A stretch of 60,584 bases of DNA, counting the filler, from Platydemus manokwari (taxonomy: Eukaryota): NCBI GenBank assembly GCA_037951405.1. It is 5 parts of 5 records of this genome, joined end to end, with 100 filler letters (N's around TTAATTAATTAA, not from the genome) between each part and the next. Parts side by side here need not be neighbours in the genome. Positions count along the whole stretch, not along the records: positions 20,537 to 31,167 come from JBBMOY011118108.1; positions 31,268 to 46,375 come from JBBMOY011346982.1; 3 more parts are not named here. One strand, given 5' to 3'. The number at the start of each line of letters is the position of its first letter. The first letter of the stretch is position 1. Position numbers and translations under genes: made by a program. Positions 23,542-35,430 of this stretch are shown one piece after another. The notes under the pieces are model-generated. The model had not been told where the DNA came from. It was given only the letters and a program-made list of their open reading frames with translations, and did no database searches.

Positions 23542-26500
23542 CCCTAACTTATCTAATTCCTTAATAAGAAAGACGTGATTGTTACCCAAAATAAATAAAT
23601 TTAAAAATATAAATGATCAGGATTATTGATCATCAATTATATCGATAATCATATAAATAATATATTGACAAGAGAATAAAAACAATCATTGAGCTTTTGC
23701 TCGGTGGATTATTCTCATTAGGTTGAGTTATTAGCCCATTCACCTACGAGTATCAAACTCAACTTTTACAGCTTAGGAGATGATGATTTAATTAAGGTAA
23801 AATTTTAAAGAATTGTAAAAGGCCATTTGTACGACCTTGGGCAAAATTGATTTTATAGCAATTTAGTTTACAAATAAAGAATCAATAAAATTGACTGAAA
23901 TTTTCTTCACAGATTTATGAATCCGAAATAACACAATATGTATCGCCAATAACACGTGATGATTGATTACAAAAATTTGGTAAAAATAATAACTCTAGAA
24001 TTAGCTGCAAACAGTATCTGCTCAAGCTTAATATGAAATTTTATAGATTTTGGACTGAAATACCTTTGGTATTTATACTATTTATACTATCAGTGAGATT
24101 TATTTTCAAAGCCGGGTTAGTTAGTCAGAAAAACTTTATCATTGACCGAACATAATTCTATGTTTTCGTGAATAAATCCATCTTCGATGACCATGAATTT
24201 TGATTTTGTTGTTTAAATAATTTTTTGATTTATGGGTTCAATACTTCTATGTTTCTCCATTTAGTTGATATATATTCCTAGTTATTTTTATTATTTTGTT
24301 ATCACTATTATTTATTATAGTTTTGAGCATGTATGCGAGTATCTTACAGTTACCATTACACTGGCCAACAAAAACTTAGTCCCTTGAAAGAAAGTGAGCT
24401 GTTCTATTTCATTTTAAGTTTAGATTTCGTTTTGGAGATTTTCTGTGATGAATTTTTCCAAGGCTGACTGTTGAAAAATATCCTGTTTATGAAATTCGGT
24501 AACATATTGCATGCCATGTGCTTATAGGCACTTGATAAATCATTTGCTATGTCACCAAACAGTTACGATTACTCCAATGTCTTGCAGGGATTCACAACAT
24601 TAAAGGGGAAATCTCGACATTAAATCAATTATCTAGTCCAAAGAAATTTAAAAATTCTTTTTTAAGTTATAGTTTACTAATCTTAGGAAATTTCTTTACC
24701 GGGTATGGAGAGCCACATTCATTTCGTTCAATTTTGTTAATCATTTCTTTTCATTCGTCTAAATTTAATATGATGAATTACTAAATATGATTTTTAGATT
24801 TACAACCTCCTTTTCGATCAATCTTTTACAAGGTATTCTTTTATATTTCAACTGAAACCATTCAAAAAGGAGCAAAGAATTCTGATAAACCAAGCTGCAT
24901 GCCAAGAAAAAGAGCAATGATTTTCATATCACCACAAATGCTTCTTTTAGATAACTCGTATCGCTGAATATTCAAATTAACAACGTCTGTACACTAAATC
25001 ACACTAAACGAGTCAATCCAATTAACAATTAACAATGAAATGAGCATCATTAAGATAAAACAGCGAAAGAAAAATCGACAATTAAAGAGGGCCAATAAAA
25101 ATGATCACACAAAAGAGTAAAGACAGATAGAAAGATACCGACTATGGAAGATTGACAGTTGATCGCTATATTCAATTCCTTTCATAAGCATGTCAAGTGT
25201 ATTTATCTGATGTCTTGTAGATTTACCTTTTTTGTACTCTGGAACCATCTACATACTATTTTATTGGTAGCTTTTCTTCAAACATTTTTGTGCTATTGAC
25301 TTATCTTGCTGTTTTTTCCCTGTTATTGAAGTCTGTTAACTGATTATTGAATTCTATTTATGAACTGACATTTAAAAGGCATATTATTGGCTACTGGCAC
25401 ACGTGCTGACTATTTTCGGTGTATCGATCCTTTTGAAGATTATTTCGAAACTCCCGTAGGTACATACTAATAGTGTTGTGAACTCAACATTTCATTTATG
25501 ATATTTAGATTTTTTTATCGAAAAGTTTCATATTGTCATACTGTTCTTTTGTGTTTATAGCGTGAGTCAAATTAACTGATGAAAACTCATATACCAAATT
25601 GTAGACAAACTTTTAAACATCTTAGAAAAGTTTATAAATAAACACAGCTCTTCTAATTGGAATTAATGATTAGGAAATTTCACAACAGACGCAATAGCAT
25701 TGCCGAAAAAATCACATCTTCCAATGAAATATTCTTTAAAATCATAACATTTGTTTTGAAAAGCGCAAGCTTTTATACATTTTCTATGGAAATTCCGCCC
25801 TATAAATGTCGAATCTTGGAAAGGTATAATCTCTTCCTATACCATCGAAATCATTTTGTAAAATTAAATGAGGAAACATGGAAAGGATTCTTAGGAATTC
25901 TGATCATCAAAGAAATCATCAGTGGAGTTCATCTCCTGATCATAGTAGTCACTGAATATAATCGTTAAAGCAAAAATAACACTTTACTGGGCCCAAAGCA
26001 GATGTTGGATAGGTTTCGAGATTACAAATATAACATACAAAAATAACAATAAGAAGAATCATAACTGGTAACTCATGAACAGAGCACCGTTTGACGATAC
26101 TCAACAAACATGAAGAGCCATTGATTTGTTTTGATTTCCAATTTCAAATCTTTGTTCATAGCATTTCCTAATGAGAGGATTTAATTTTTTCCTTCTCAAA
26201 TATAAATATAACTCATCTTATACTTTATTTTGAAAAAATGGATTTTTAAATAAATTCACTCCATGACAAGCCTCGTCAGCCGTGACAATCTTTTGATCAA
26301 ACCCTTCATAATCAAATCATTCACTCACTGAAAAATTACTTTGAAAAAGAATTCAATTTTGATCATAGGTAATAAACCACTAAAGATCCGTTATACTAGT
26401 GATCATCTATTGTCTTGAAATCGAAAAGTAAAATATAAAACGACAAAACAGAAGAAATAACTACAACGATTTTATTTAATTTAGTAAAACTTGTAATTTT

Positions 26501-27577
26501 TCTCAAATCCAAAATAATATTGGAAATTGTTCAAACCGAATTGGATGTGATGTTTTCATTTATTGACGAAAATAAAACGAAATGAATAAAGGATTTTAGG
26601 AAAATATGTTCACGTTTCATTTCTGTTTTTGTAGGGAATTGATAAATATTATCGACATATTTCCAGTCTAATTTAGCATGAAAAATTTATGATTTCAAAA
26701 AATATGACATATTATGAGAATTTTTATGCCAGTAATTGGCATTTTCACGAAAATTGCATTCCACATCAATGAATTAAATTGAGAAAGATCTTATTATTTT
26801 AGACGAAAAATCGGTTTATCAAATTAAAGAGATAAGACTTCACTAAGTTCTTTATTATAGAAAATTAAGGAAAACGTAAAAGCCTTTAATAATTAAACCT
26901 TCTCAACGTCGTTATTGGTTAACGAAAATTTGAAAAGCTCAAAGCAACGTAACACTGGTTAGCAAAAACTTTATCCCTTGAATGAAAATGGGTTAAAATT
27001 TCAAAAACTTTTCGCTCTGATCTCAGAACTGATTTTAGAATTCGTATTCAATGTAAGATTTTCTTGGTTATTTGAATTTGTATAATTAATGTGTGTAAAG
27101 CGCTGTGATTTTATAAGCATTGGAAACGAACTGAAAAGTCACAACACCAAATTAACTTTAATTTAACTCAATTACTTAGACAAATAAATACTTAATAAAA
27201 GTGACGACATGGAAATTGTCATTTTTCGTGATGTAATTTCGAGAAAGCATCACAAACCCCGGCCTAATAAAAAACTTTTTTTTTATCAAATTGACAGAAT
27301 TGAGAATTCATATTCACCGGGCTTTTCGTAAAATATTCCTCAACCATGATTAATCGACAAACAATACGATTAAGAATTAGGAATTGAAATTTTCGAAAAT
27401 TTTTATCAAAAAGTAGACAAATATAACCTTTTTTTATAAACTATAGAAAAGGCTTATAACAATCCCTAGCATTATGTTATTTGTGATTCAAAGTAAAATC
27501 CAAGCAACAAATATATATAATTATAAATTTTTTATTTGTGAAAGACGCTTTAAATCTTATTTCATTACGTAGTATTA

Positions 27578-28280
27578 GGTACAATCCTATAATAAATAAT
27601 AATGACGATTAATCGATAAAAAATTTTCCATGACTCACCCTGCATTGAAAGTATTGTTTGACTCAAATATAAAAACTAAGTAATAAAAAACGAAATACAG
27701 AATAAAAGAAATATAAAAATAGAATTTAAATATCCTAGTTAATAAGCATAGCAACCATGAAAGTAAATTATTAAAAATAAATAAATCCTGATAATATAAC
27801 AAAAGATAAAACAAAGAAATTGAGAGTAGAGTATAGGAAACAAGATCAAAATAAATTCGACCACTATAAAATATTTTCTACAAACTATCAAATTCTTTAA
27901 ACGTTAATCCAACCAACCGTTCCGTCACTTTACTTTACGAAGAATAAATTTTATAAAATGTGTTAATCAAATCCGATATACTATTTTGTCCCATTATCTT
28001 GCGAAGAATAATTTTTATCAAATAAACCACTGTGCTGTGTTATTCTTAATAAAAATTGGATATAATTTTTAACTCATCTACAAAGTAATTTTAATTATTT
28101 TAAAATCAACTTTTATATTAATTTCAATATAAAAGTTGTAGTCTGAATCTCAATCACTTTGGATCCAAATTAAAAATTTAATATCTTAAAATCAATAACA
28201 ATATTATAGTAGTGATTACGGTGCCATTAGGCCTAACCACCGATAAAATCAATTGAGAGCTCTTATGGGAACTTCTTTTT
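27578..28280 (+). repeat. ~700-bp repeat, inverted partner of 31290-31960
   Basis: Co-linear matches to the reverse complement of 31290-31960, e.g. CATGACTCACCCTGCATT, AAATCCGAT.ACTATTTTGTC, TCATCTAC.AA..AATTTTAATTATTTT, CAATATAAAAGTT. Confidence 0.85.
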
Positions 28281-30485
28281 AAAAACTTCTATGTTCTAAC
28301 GAATTAGAGTAAAATATCATAATTCAAATTAAATAGCGGAACCCAATCTCCTGGTTATTTACCTCGTTTGTTATAAGATTTCACAATATTATAAAGTCTT
28401 ATTTTGAATTTGATTATATTGAATTTTTATTTGATTTTGACTATTATTATTGATTTTGCATTGGCTGTACTATCAATTATATTTTATTACAATTAAGCTA
28501 TTTATTTTATTTTTTATCTATAATTAATTCAACATAATATTTGCTCATAATTACATCAACCTTTTGGAGTCAGATGAACTAATTAACTAGAATTAATAAA
28601 ACACTATTGAGCTCAATTAATTTTAGGGTTTTAAATTTCATTTTATTCTCACATAAATCTTAATTTGCTTTGATCCGAACTCTTACCTGTTGATCATACA
28701 AATTACTGAAAGTCTCTACAACATATTGAATTTTATTTTATAAATCTAAAAATAAAAACTAATATAAAAAAATATTGATTTTGAGATAATGACATGTTTG
28801 CTTATCGACTACAGGTTTCAAAATGTGCATCTTTATTTACTGTTGCCTGACGTTAAAGTCAGGGGTGTGACCAAGTTTGGCAGCAAACTGACAACATTGA
28901 ATTGATTCTAGATTTGACTATGAGAAACATTACAAACATTTCCATCTATTCCTGACAGAATGTGAGGACCATACTTATATTGTAGCTTGATTTAATTTAA
29001 ACATGTGATAACGATTCGATTCCAAATGGTGATGAAGTTAGTCTACTTATTGTAAACCCGAATACATTTGCTGGTAATACAATTTCTTTTCCGATGCTGA
29101 TGAATAGAAACGATTACGAAACTAACCTATCGGCGGAGTTGTTATCCACATTACCAAATATATAACAAGCAAATCATTAAAATCAATTCAAAAAGAGCGA
29201 ATTATCTACATTTCGTGCAATAAATTTAACATAATTTATTAAAAATGTGCTTATGACTTACTTCAAGGGAACTTTGTGATAAATAGTTTTGATGAGATCT
29301 CTTTTGAAACGACAAGAGAAAATATAAACTTTAACTAGATATAGAATATTTTATAACAAATCTCTCAGATTTTGAATGTATAATTTGATGAGAAATATTA
29401 AATCTGGGGTAACCAATAATTTAAACTCATCCATATAAACACACCAGAGAAGTGAGCATCACAAAAGCCCATGTTATCTTGTATCGCAATTATATCGATT
29501 TGCTTTGGGTGTTAAGCTATGATCCGATATTTATTTGACCTTTACTATTAAAAATTAACTTTATAATAAAAAATGAGAACTCTAATTGAATCTTCACAAT
29601 CAATGAAACAGCGAGCAGTAAAATACCATGGATATACCGCGAAATACGAAAATAAAATTATTGGTGGCAAGTTTTTATTTATTTCGCTCTGAGAATCAGT
29701 TGAGTTATCGATATTATAATAATCGAAAATTTATTAATTTAAACAAACCATCGATAATTTATTTCATTTGATATAGTCGAGTATAAAATAGACTTTTAAA
29801 AGATTATTAAACAAATTTCTAAACAAATTTAATTATAGAAAAATTCTAAAAGAAAATCATTATTAATGTACTGAAACCAAAAATAAAAATTAATAGAATA
29901 TTGTGGATCAATTTGTTTAAATGAATCGATTTAATAATGTGTTCATGAACATTTTTGGAGTCCACTTTTGGTCGATAATTTCTATTCTATGTGACTTCGT
30001 GATTTTTATAAAAAACGGTCTTTAAGTTTGTCTTCTGTTTTGTCATTTAATTTTCGCGTGCCGATCACAACTGGCGTGTTTGGTGACAAATCGAGTTTTG
30101 TAATTTATTGTGATTTACAATTACAATTTTCAGTATTCAGCGTGTGTTTATATTCCAATAATATCAATTTGTCTTACATCAGTTGCTTACATGCACTATT
30201 GATTGATGAATCTCAATTTTTCCATCTCATGCTTATCTAGCTTATAATGGATTCTAATTGGGTTTTTAATAAACTTGTTTAATATCACTAATTTTGCTTG
30301 AGCTCATAAGAATTTATTTGATTGGATCAACCGCAAATTTTGAAACAATACAAATCCATTTTCCAAAAAATGAAGCCAACTCTTAATAATCTTTTAATTT
30401 CTTCTTTATTTTTCATCTTGATAAAATTTATATATAATATATTTTAAATCACAAAGATTTTTTACAATGGAAATAAACTGTAAAT

Positions 30486-30641
30486 TCAAAGAATTAAGTG
30501 AAGGCATTGTACAAAGCTCTTTTTGAGATTTGGCGCCATTACGACTTTGAATGGAAAGCAATTAAGTGCAATAAATGCTCTGGCTTTGTTAAATTCATTG
30601 AAAGTTCTGGGAAAAATGCTAACATTCACAATATTTCTCAT
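30486..30641 (-). CDS. Candidate 51-aa small ORF/uORF (MRNIVNVSIFPRTF...SFVQCLHLIL*)
   Basis: The ATG at 30641-30639 overlaps the TGA of the preceding short ORF (AUGA). It lies in a GC-enriched, non-repetitive island behind a clean splice acceptor. Confidence 0.4.
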   Translation of the reverse strand: MRNIVNVSIFPRTFNEFNKARAFIALNCFPFKVVMAPNLKKSFVQCLHLIL

Positions 30642-30740
30642 TTCAATGCAACAATGCGAGGCAATATCGGTGTGCAATAACTGATGCCTGCGAAATTATG
30701 ATGTTGCCAGATCATCTGTTGTAACCAATGTTCCAGGATC
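30638..30740 (-). CDS. Candidate spliced small ORF/uORF (..ILEHWLQQMIWQHHNFAGISYCTPILPRIVALK*)
   Basis: Acceptor TTTTATTAG| at 30741 with 33 open codons to TGA at 30640-30638. An in-frame start could come from an upstream ATG-AG|GTATGA donor at 38270-38264. Confidence 0.4.
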
Positions 30741-31090
30741 CTAATAAAAATAATATGAACCCAGCTAAAATACGTCACAGAAAACAATAATTTTTTAATA
30801 ACAATCAATATTGAATAATCAAACTATTAATGAGAATGTGATAATCGAAAATCAATTATCGAACAAAAATCTTTTTATTTATTACTTTTTTTGAAGTGGT
30901 TAAAAAACATTGGAAGAATTTCAGACGGAAAGTAAATAAATTATACAATGAAAATTATAAAATAGACCTTTACGTTTTATTATCTAAATAATATTTATCG
31001 AATCGTTATTTTTTAAATAATAATTTTATCGAATATATAATTTTAATATATAATATAAAAATAAATGCACAAGAATTTGTTATATATTTG

Positions 31091-31167
31091 TTAATTTTAA
31101 TTTAATTTTAATTTAATTTTAATTTAATTTTAATTTAATTTTAATTTAATTTTAATTTAATTTTAAT
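31091..31167 (+). repeat. 11-bp tandem repeat (TTAATTTTAAT)n
   Basis: About 7 units running into the gap. Confidence 0.9.
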
Positions 31168-31267
31168 NNNNNNNNNNNNNNNNNNNNNNNNNNNNNNNNN
31201 NNNNNNNNNNNTTAATTAATTAANNNNNNNNNNNNNNNNNNNNNNNNNNNNNNNNNNNNNNNNNNNN
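31168..31267. other. Assembly gap with artificial TTAATTAATTAA linker
   Basis: Linker at 31212-31223. Confidence 0.97.
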
Positions 31268-31289
31268 TCTATTATGATAGAACTGGTGA

Positions 31290-31960
31290 ATTTATAAAAA
31301 TCTTTTATGGCAGTGCTCGTAAGATTACTCAATGGATTAAATTAGTGGTTAAACCTATAATATAGTTTTAGTTTTTAAGATTTTAGATTTTTAATCTAGG
31401 TTCTAGATGAGTGAGATTCTCACTAGAACTTTTATATTGGAATAAATGTAAAACGTGATTTTAAAAATAATTAAAATTATTTGGTAGATGAATTTAAAAT
31501 AATATCCAATTCGCACTAGGAATAATACTGAAAAATGGTCATTCAATTGAAATTATTACTGGCAAAACAATGAGACAAAATAGTTAATCGGATTTCACTA
31601 AGTAAATAAAGTTTGTGTAGATTATTCCTCGTGACAAAATGGTTTATCCGATTCTTAATAATAGCTTGTAGAAACTATTTCATAATGAGCGAGTTTATCT
31701 TGATCTTTTTTCGTACATATTATTATCGTTCTTTGCTTTATCTTTTGTTCTATTGTTAATTTATTTTCATTGTTGCTATTTTTAGTAATTTGTTTATTTA
31801 AAATTTATTTTTAAATCTCTTTTATCCTATTTTTATATTTCGATTATTATTGTTTTATCTTTGGGCAAAATAATACTTTAAATGCAGGGTGAGTCATGAT
31901 GCTTTTTCGAAAATAATTGTTTTAATTATTATTATAATTTATTAATCATACAGTTGTACC
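31290..31960 (-). repeat. ~700-bp repeat, inverted partner of 27578-28280
   Basis: Reverse complement matches 27578-28280 co-linearly. AATGCAGGGTGAGTCATG lies at ~31881-31898. Confidence 0.85.
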
Positions 31961-33626
31961 CAACAATAGTAAACAATAAACAGTTTTTTGTAGTCTGTAA
32001 ATAATACATTTTTCAAAACTTGTTTGAGGCACTCCTTTAAAAATTCTTAATTTAAATTATTTTAGTTTAATCCATTGAAAAAGTTTTGTCGAATCAACGA
32101 AGTATTTTCTTATATACAAAACTTTCATTTATTAAAATGTTGGAAAGTTGTTAAATCCATTATTTGATGGATAACACTTAATTTATAGTTAAATGCATTA
32201 TTAGGATTACATGATAATGGTGTTTAAGGACGCAACACAGAATTGGTGTCACATTAAGAATGAAATATTAGAACTTCAATCCCAACATAAACGGTCAATA
32301 TCAAAAACTATATTCATAAATTTTTGTTTTAAAAAATCTTTTGTAAAATAATAATTGATTAATTGAATTGTGTATCGAAAAGTATCGAGAGTTCGGAATC
32401 AATAATGGGAAATTTTCAGAAATATTGTGGCAAAAATAAATTAATGAATAAATTTGAAGTCAAAAAACTTTTTTGTTGTTATGATTTTTAAAATTGAGTC
32501 ATTGAAATTGATGTCAGACAGTGATCAAATTTTCATTTAGTGATACTCTATTTAAGCGTTGTTTAAATAATCTGCAATTTGGGTCACGATTCGAATAAAT
32601 AAAATAAATTAAATGGTTTCAAAACCAAAATTAGATCGTGATCTGATATCGATGATTATCATACAATATGGATTCTAATGAATTGAGTCAAGCACGATTT
32701 TGAACATTGGTCGTGGAAATCTAGAGTTTGTTAAGTAGTAATTGATAAAAAATGCCCTATGGATTTTTGTGAAAATTCTAAGATAATGCAATACGTCATT
32801 TAGAAAATAAGAGCAATTAATTCGACCGAACGACCTTGATGTCAAATTTACAATGATCGATTTGGATAGCTTTATTGATGTCATAAATTTTAATTAATGT
32901 AATTAAGTAGAGAAATCCTTGTCAAATAGAGTTCAATAATAAAAATCGTAATTTTGTTGGACAGAAAATGATGACTTTTTACGTTATATCTCATCAATAT
33001 TTGACATTCTCGATGATTCATTCTGACAAATCTGAAATCTTTCGATCAATTTCTTAAGTTTTCTCATCTCAATTAATCGATGAAAATCATTTATTTAAAT
33101 GAAATGAACCTCCCCGATGTACATCTTGTTCACTCATCAGTAATCATGAAGATAGGAATAATTAATAAAACAGAAATTCAATACCACAGTATCATTGAAA
33201 TTGAAAGTTTTAAAATACATTAAACCGGGGTTGAATTATCTGATTCTATTCAACACGAATTAACATTTATTTATAAATCAATAAAAGACTCTCCAACACA
33301 ATTCAATACGTTTTGTTGCAGGTTAAACATAAACTCTAAAGATAAAATTGGAAGAAATAAAACAATGGTTAACGATTCTAAATTTTATCTTGGAACAATA
33401 AATAAACTTTCTCAATGAATGAGAATCGACGGTTTAATTTTGAAAATCAGGAAGATGAAATATAAAATCTACGAACTCTATAAGATCGAAATTACGTTTG
33501 GCTTATGAAAGAATAAATCGCACGAAAACATTGCCGTACGACACATTTAGGTGGATATGATATTCGTGTTCTATTAATAGTAGTCTCAACGGATGATAAT
33601 TTATTTTGACTTGAAAAAAATGTAAA

Positions 33627-33668
<42 letters not shown>

Positions 33669-34734
33669 TAGAAGATATTAAAGGATGTGTATTTATTGTT
33701 GAAATCAAAACATATAAACAGAAAGTTCAGAAATAAAAGAAAGAACCTAATATTCGTTTACACAGCCTCTGAACAAGGCTAATACAACTAAATCTACATT
33801 TCACTGATTATCCTCAGCATGTGTAATTAGCAGATAATTGTAGATTATTATAAAATGGGTCTTTAGCAACACATTCACTTAAACTTAACAGCATTGAAGA
33901 ATATTTTAGTAATCTACCTTCAGAATTTAATGAGACATACTGTGGAATGAATATTCTGATTTAGATGGAATTATTATTACTATTATTATTATTATTAGGT
34001 TAGGAGAGATATTAATAATGATTATAATTATAAATTTATCGTTATCATGATAAATATATTTCATTCACAACATGGCGTTAACTCTTTTATTTTAGGAATT
34101 AACAAATTCAAATTATATGTATCAGTGTGTCCAAAATATTTAGGAACTTCACTGACTTATCCTTTTCATTCTCATGGTACTTGAAGTTTTTCTTCCACTT
34201 CGTTATATTCAGTTGTGAGTAACATGATGTCCTTTTGATCGGTTTTCTATTGATTGAAATGCTAGTGTCTAGATTATGATTTAGTTTATATTATATATTA
34301 TAATATCATATCATATCTTTTTACATAATCTCCTACCATCCAACTCCGTTAATATCTCCATGATTGAAAAATCTAATAATTTATTTCGGTTGATATCACT
34401 TGAAATTTTTAAATATCTTATTTTTAAAACTAATATGGTTTTAACAAACTTGATTACCATTATTGATGGAAAAACGATGCCATGTAATGTATTAGATGTA
34501 TAGTTATCATTTAAAAGATAATGGGCGCTAAATTAGCAGTAAGAAGCTAGCTTGAAGTTATCCAACTCGGTGATGGTTCTTCTGTAAGTTAATTTATCAC
34601 AAGTCAATAATTTCTTTAGCGTTGGGATTTGAATCAGTTGGAGGCAAAAAACGAAAATCAAGTTAGTACAGTTGCTATTGGTGTGAGTGAAATGGGTGAT
34701 ACTTTTGCTGTAAGAAGGACATCTAAAAATTTTA

Positions 34735-35430
34735 AAATCTCAAAGCATATCACCTTATTTGTTTCAAAGACTTAATCAGAATGACTATTATTGACGACTG
34801 AGGTTCTGTGAAGATCTTATCGCTTAACAAGTCCCTTGTTATTTGGATTGATGAAGCCATGGTATATTTTAATGAATCGGTTAATAATCGTAACTGGATT
34901 TATTGATCTGATAAAAACCAAAATCGTCACATTAAATCGATGGATCAAAGTGATATCAATATTTGCGTGGACATTTTGGATCAAAGAGTTACAGCACTTT
35001 ATTTCTTTAGGACAACTGTCAATAGCAAAAAATATCTCTACGTACTTTGAAACGTGCTTCAAAACTGTAAACCTCTACTATTCCTTAAAATAAATTATAA
35101 CATCTGAATATAAATCTCTTTAATTTTAATTTATTTTTAAATCCAAACACAGACATTCTAAGTGATCAGAGTGTGCTCATATTTGGAGCCTCACAGCAAA
35201 TCAACCAATCCACTATCGGCTTTTTGAACTATAACTTTTCAAATCGTTGGATTGGTCATCGATGAAGTCCTTCAAAGTGGCCTTTGAGATCATCTGACTT
35301 AACGCAACTTCATTTCTATTTTGGTCAGCGTAAAAACAGCGGTGTATCAGAATAATTCTCAAATCTTAGATGAACTTAAAAATAGAATCTCCAACGAAAT
35401 CCATGACTTTGATAAAGCGGTATGCAGAGA
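34735..35430 (+). mobile_element. Tc1/mariner-superfamily transposase relic, DD41D (rosa/Visitor)-like
   Basis: Translations: LFQRLNQNDYY*RLRFCE; VIWIDEAMVYFNESVNNRNWIY*SDKN...YFFRTTVNSKKYL; GASQQ...FLNYNFSNRWIGHR*SPSKWPLRSSDLTQLH...VY...LDELKNRI. About 42 codons separate the positions of the 2nd and 3rd catalytic residues. Confidence 0.85.

Noticed and set aside
24357-27000. CACTGG..AAAAACTT..TCCCTTGAA at 24359 and 26953 as the TIR pair of one transposon
   Set aside because: The copies are in direct, not inverted, orientation; probably two separate element ends of an unidentified family.
29090-29150. CTGATGA...GAAAC hammerhead-like core
   Set aside because: The intervening sequence cannot form stem II, and no stem I/III or cleavage triplet could be built.
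33095-33145. Minus-strand CTGATGA followed by a GTGAAC/GTTCAT stem
   Set aside because: The stem is followed by TTC rather than GAAA, so the hammerhead core is incomplete.
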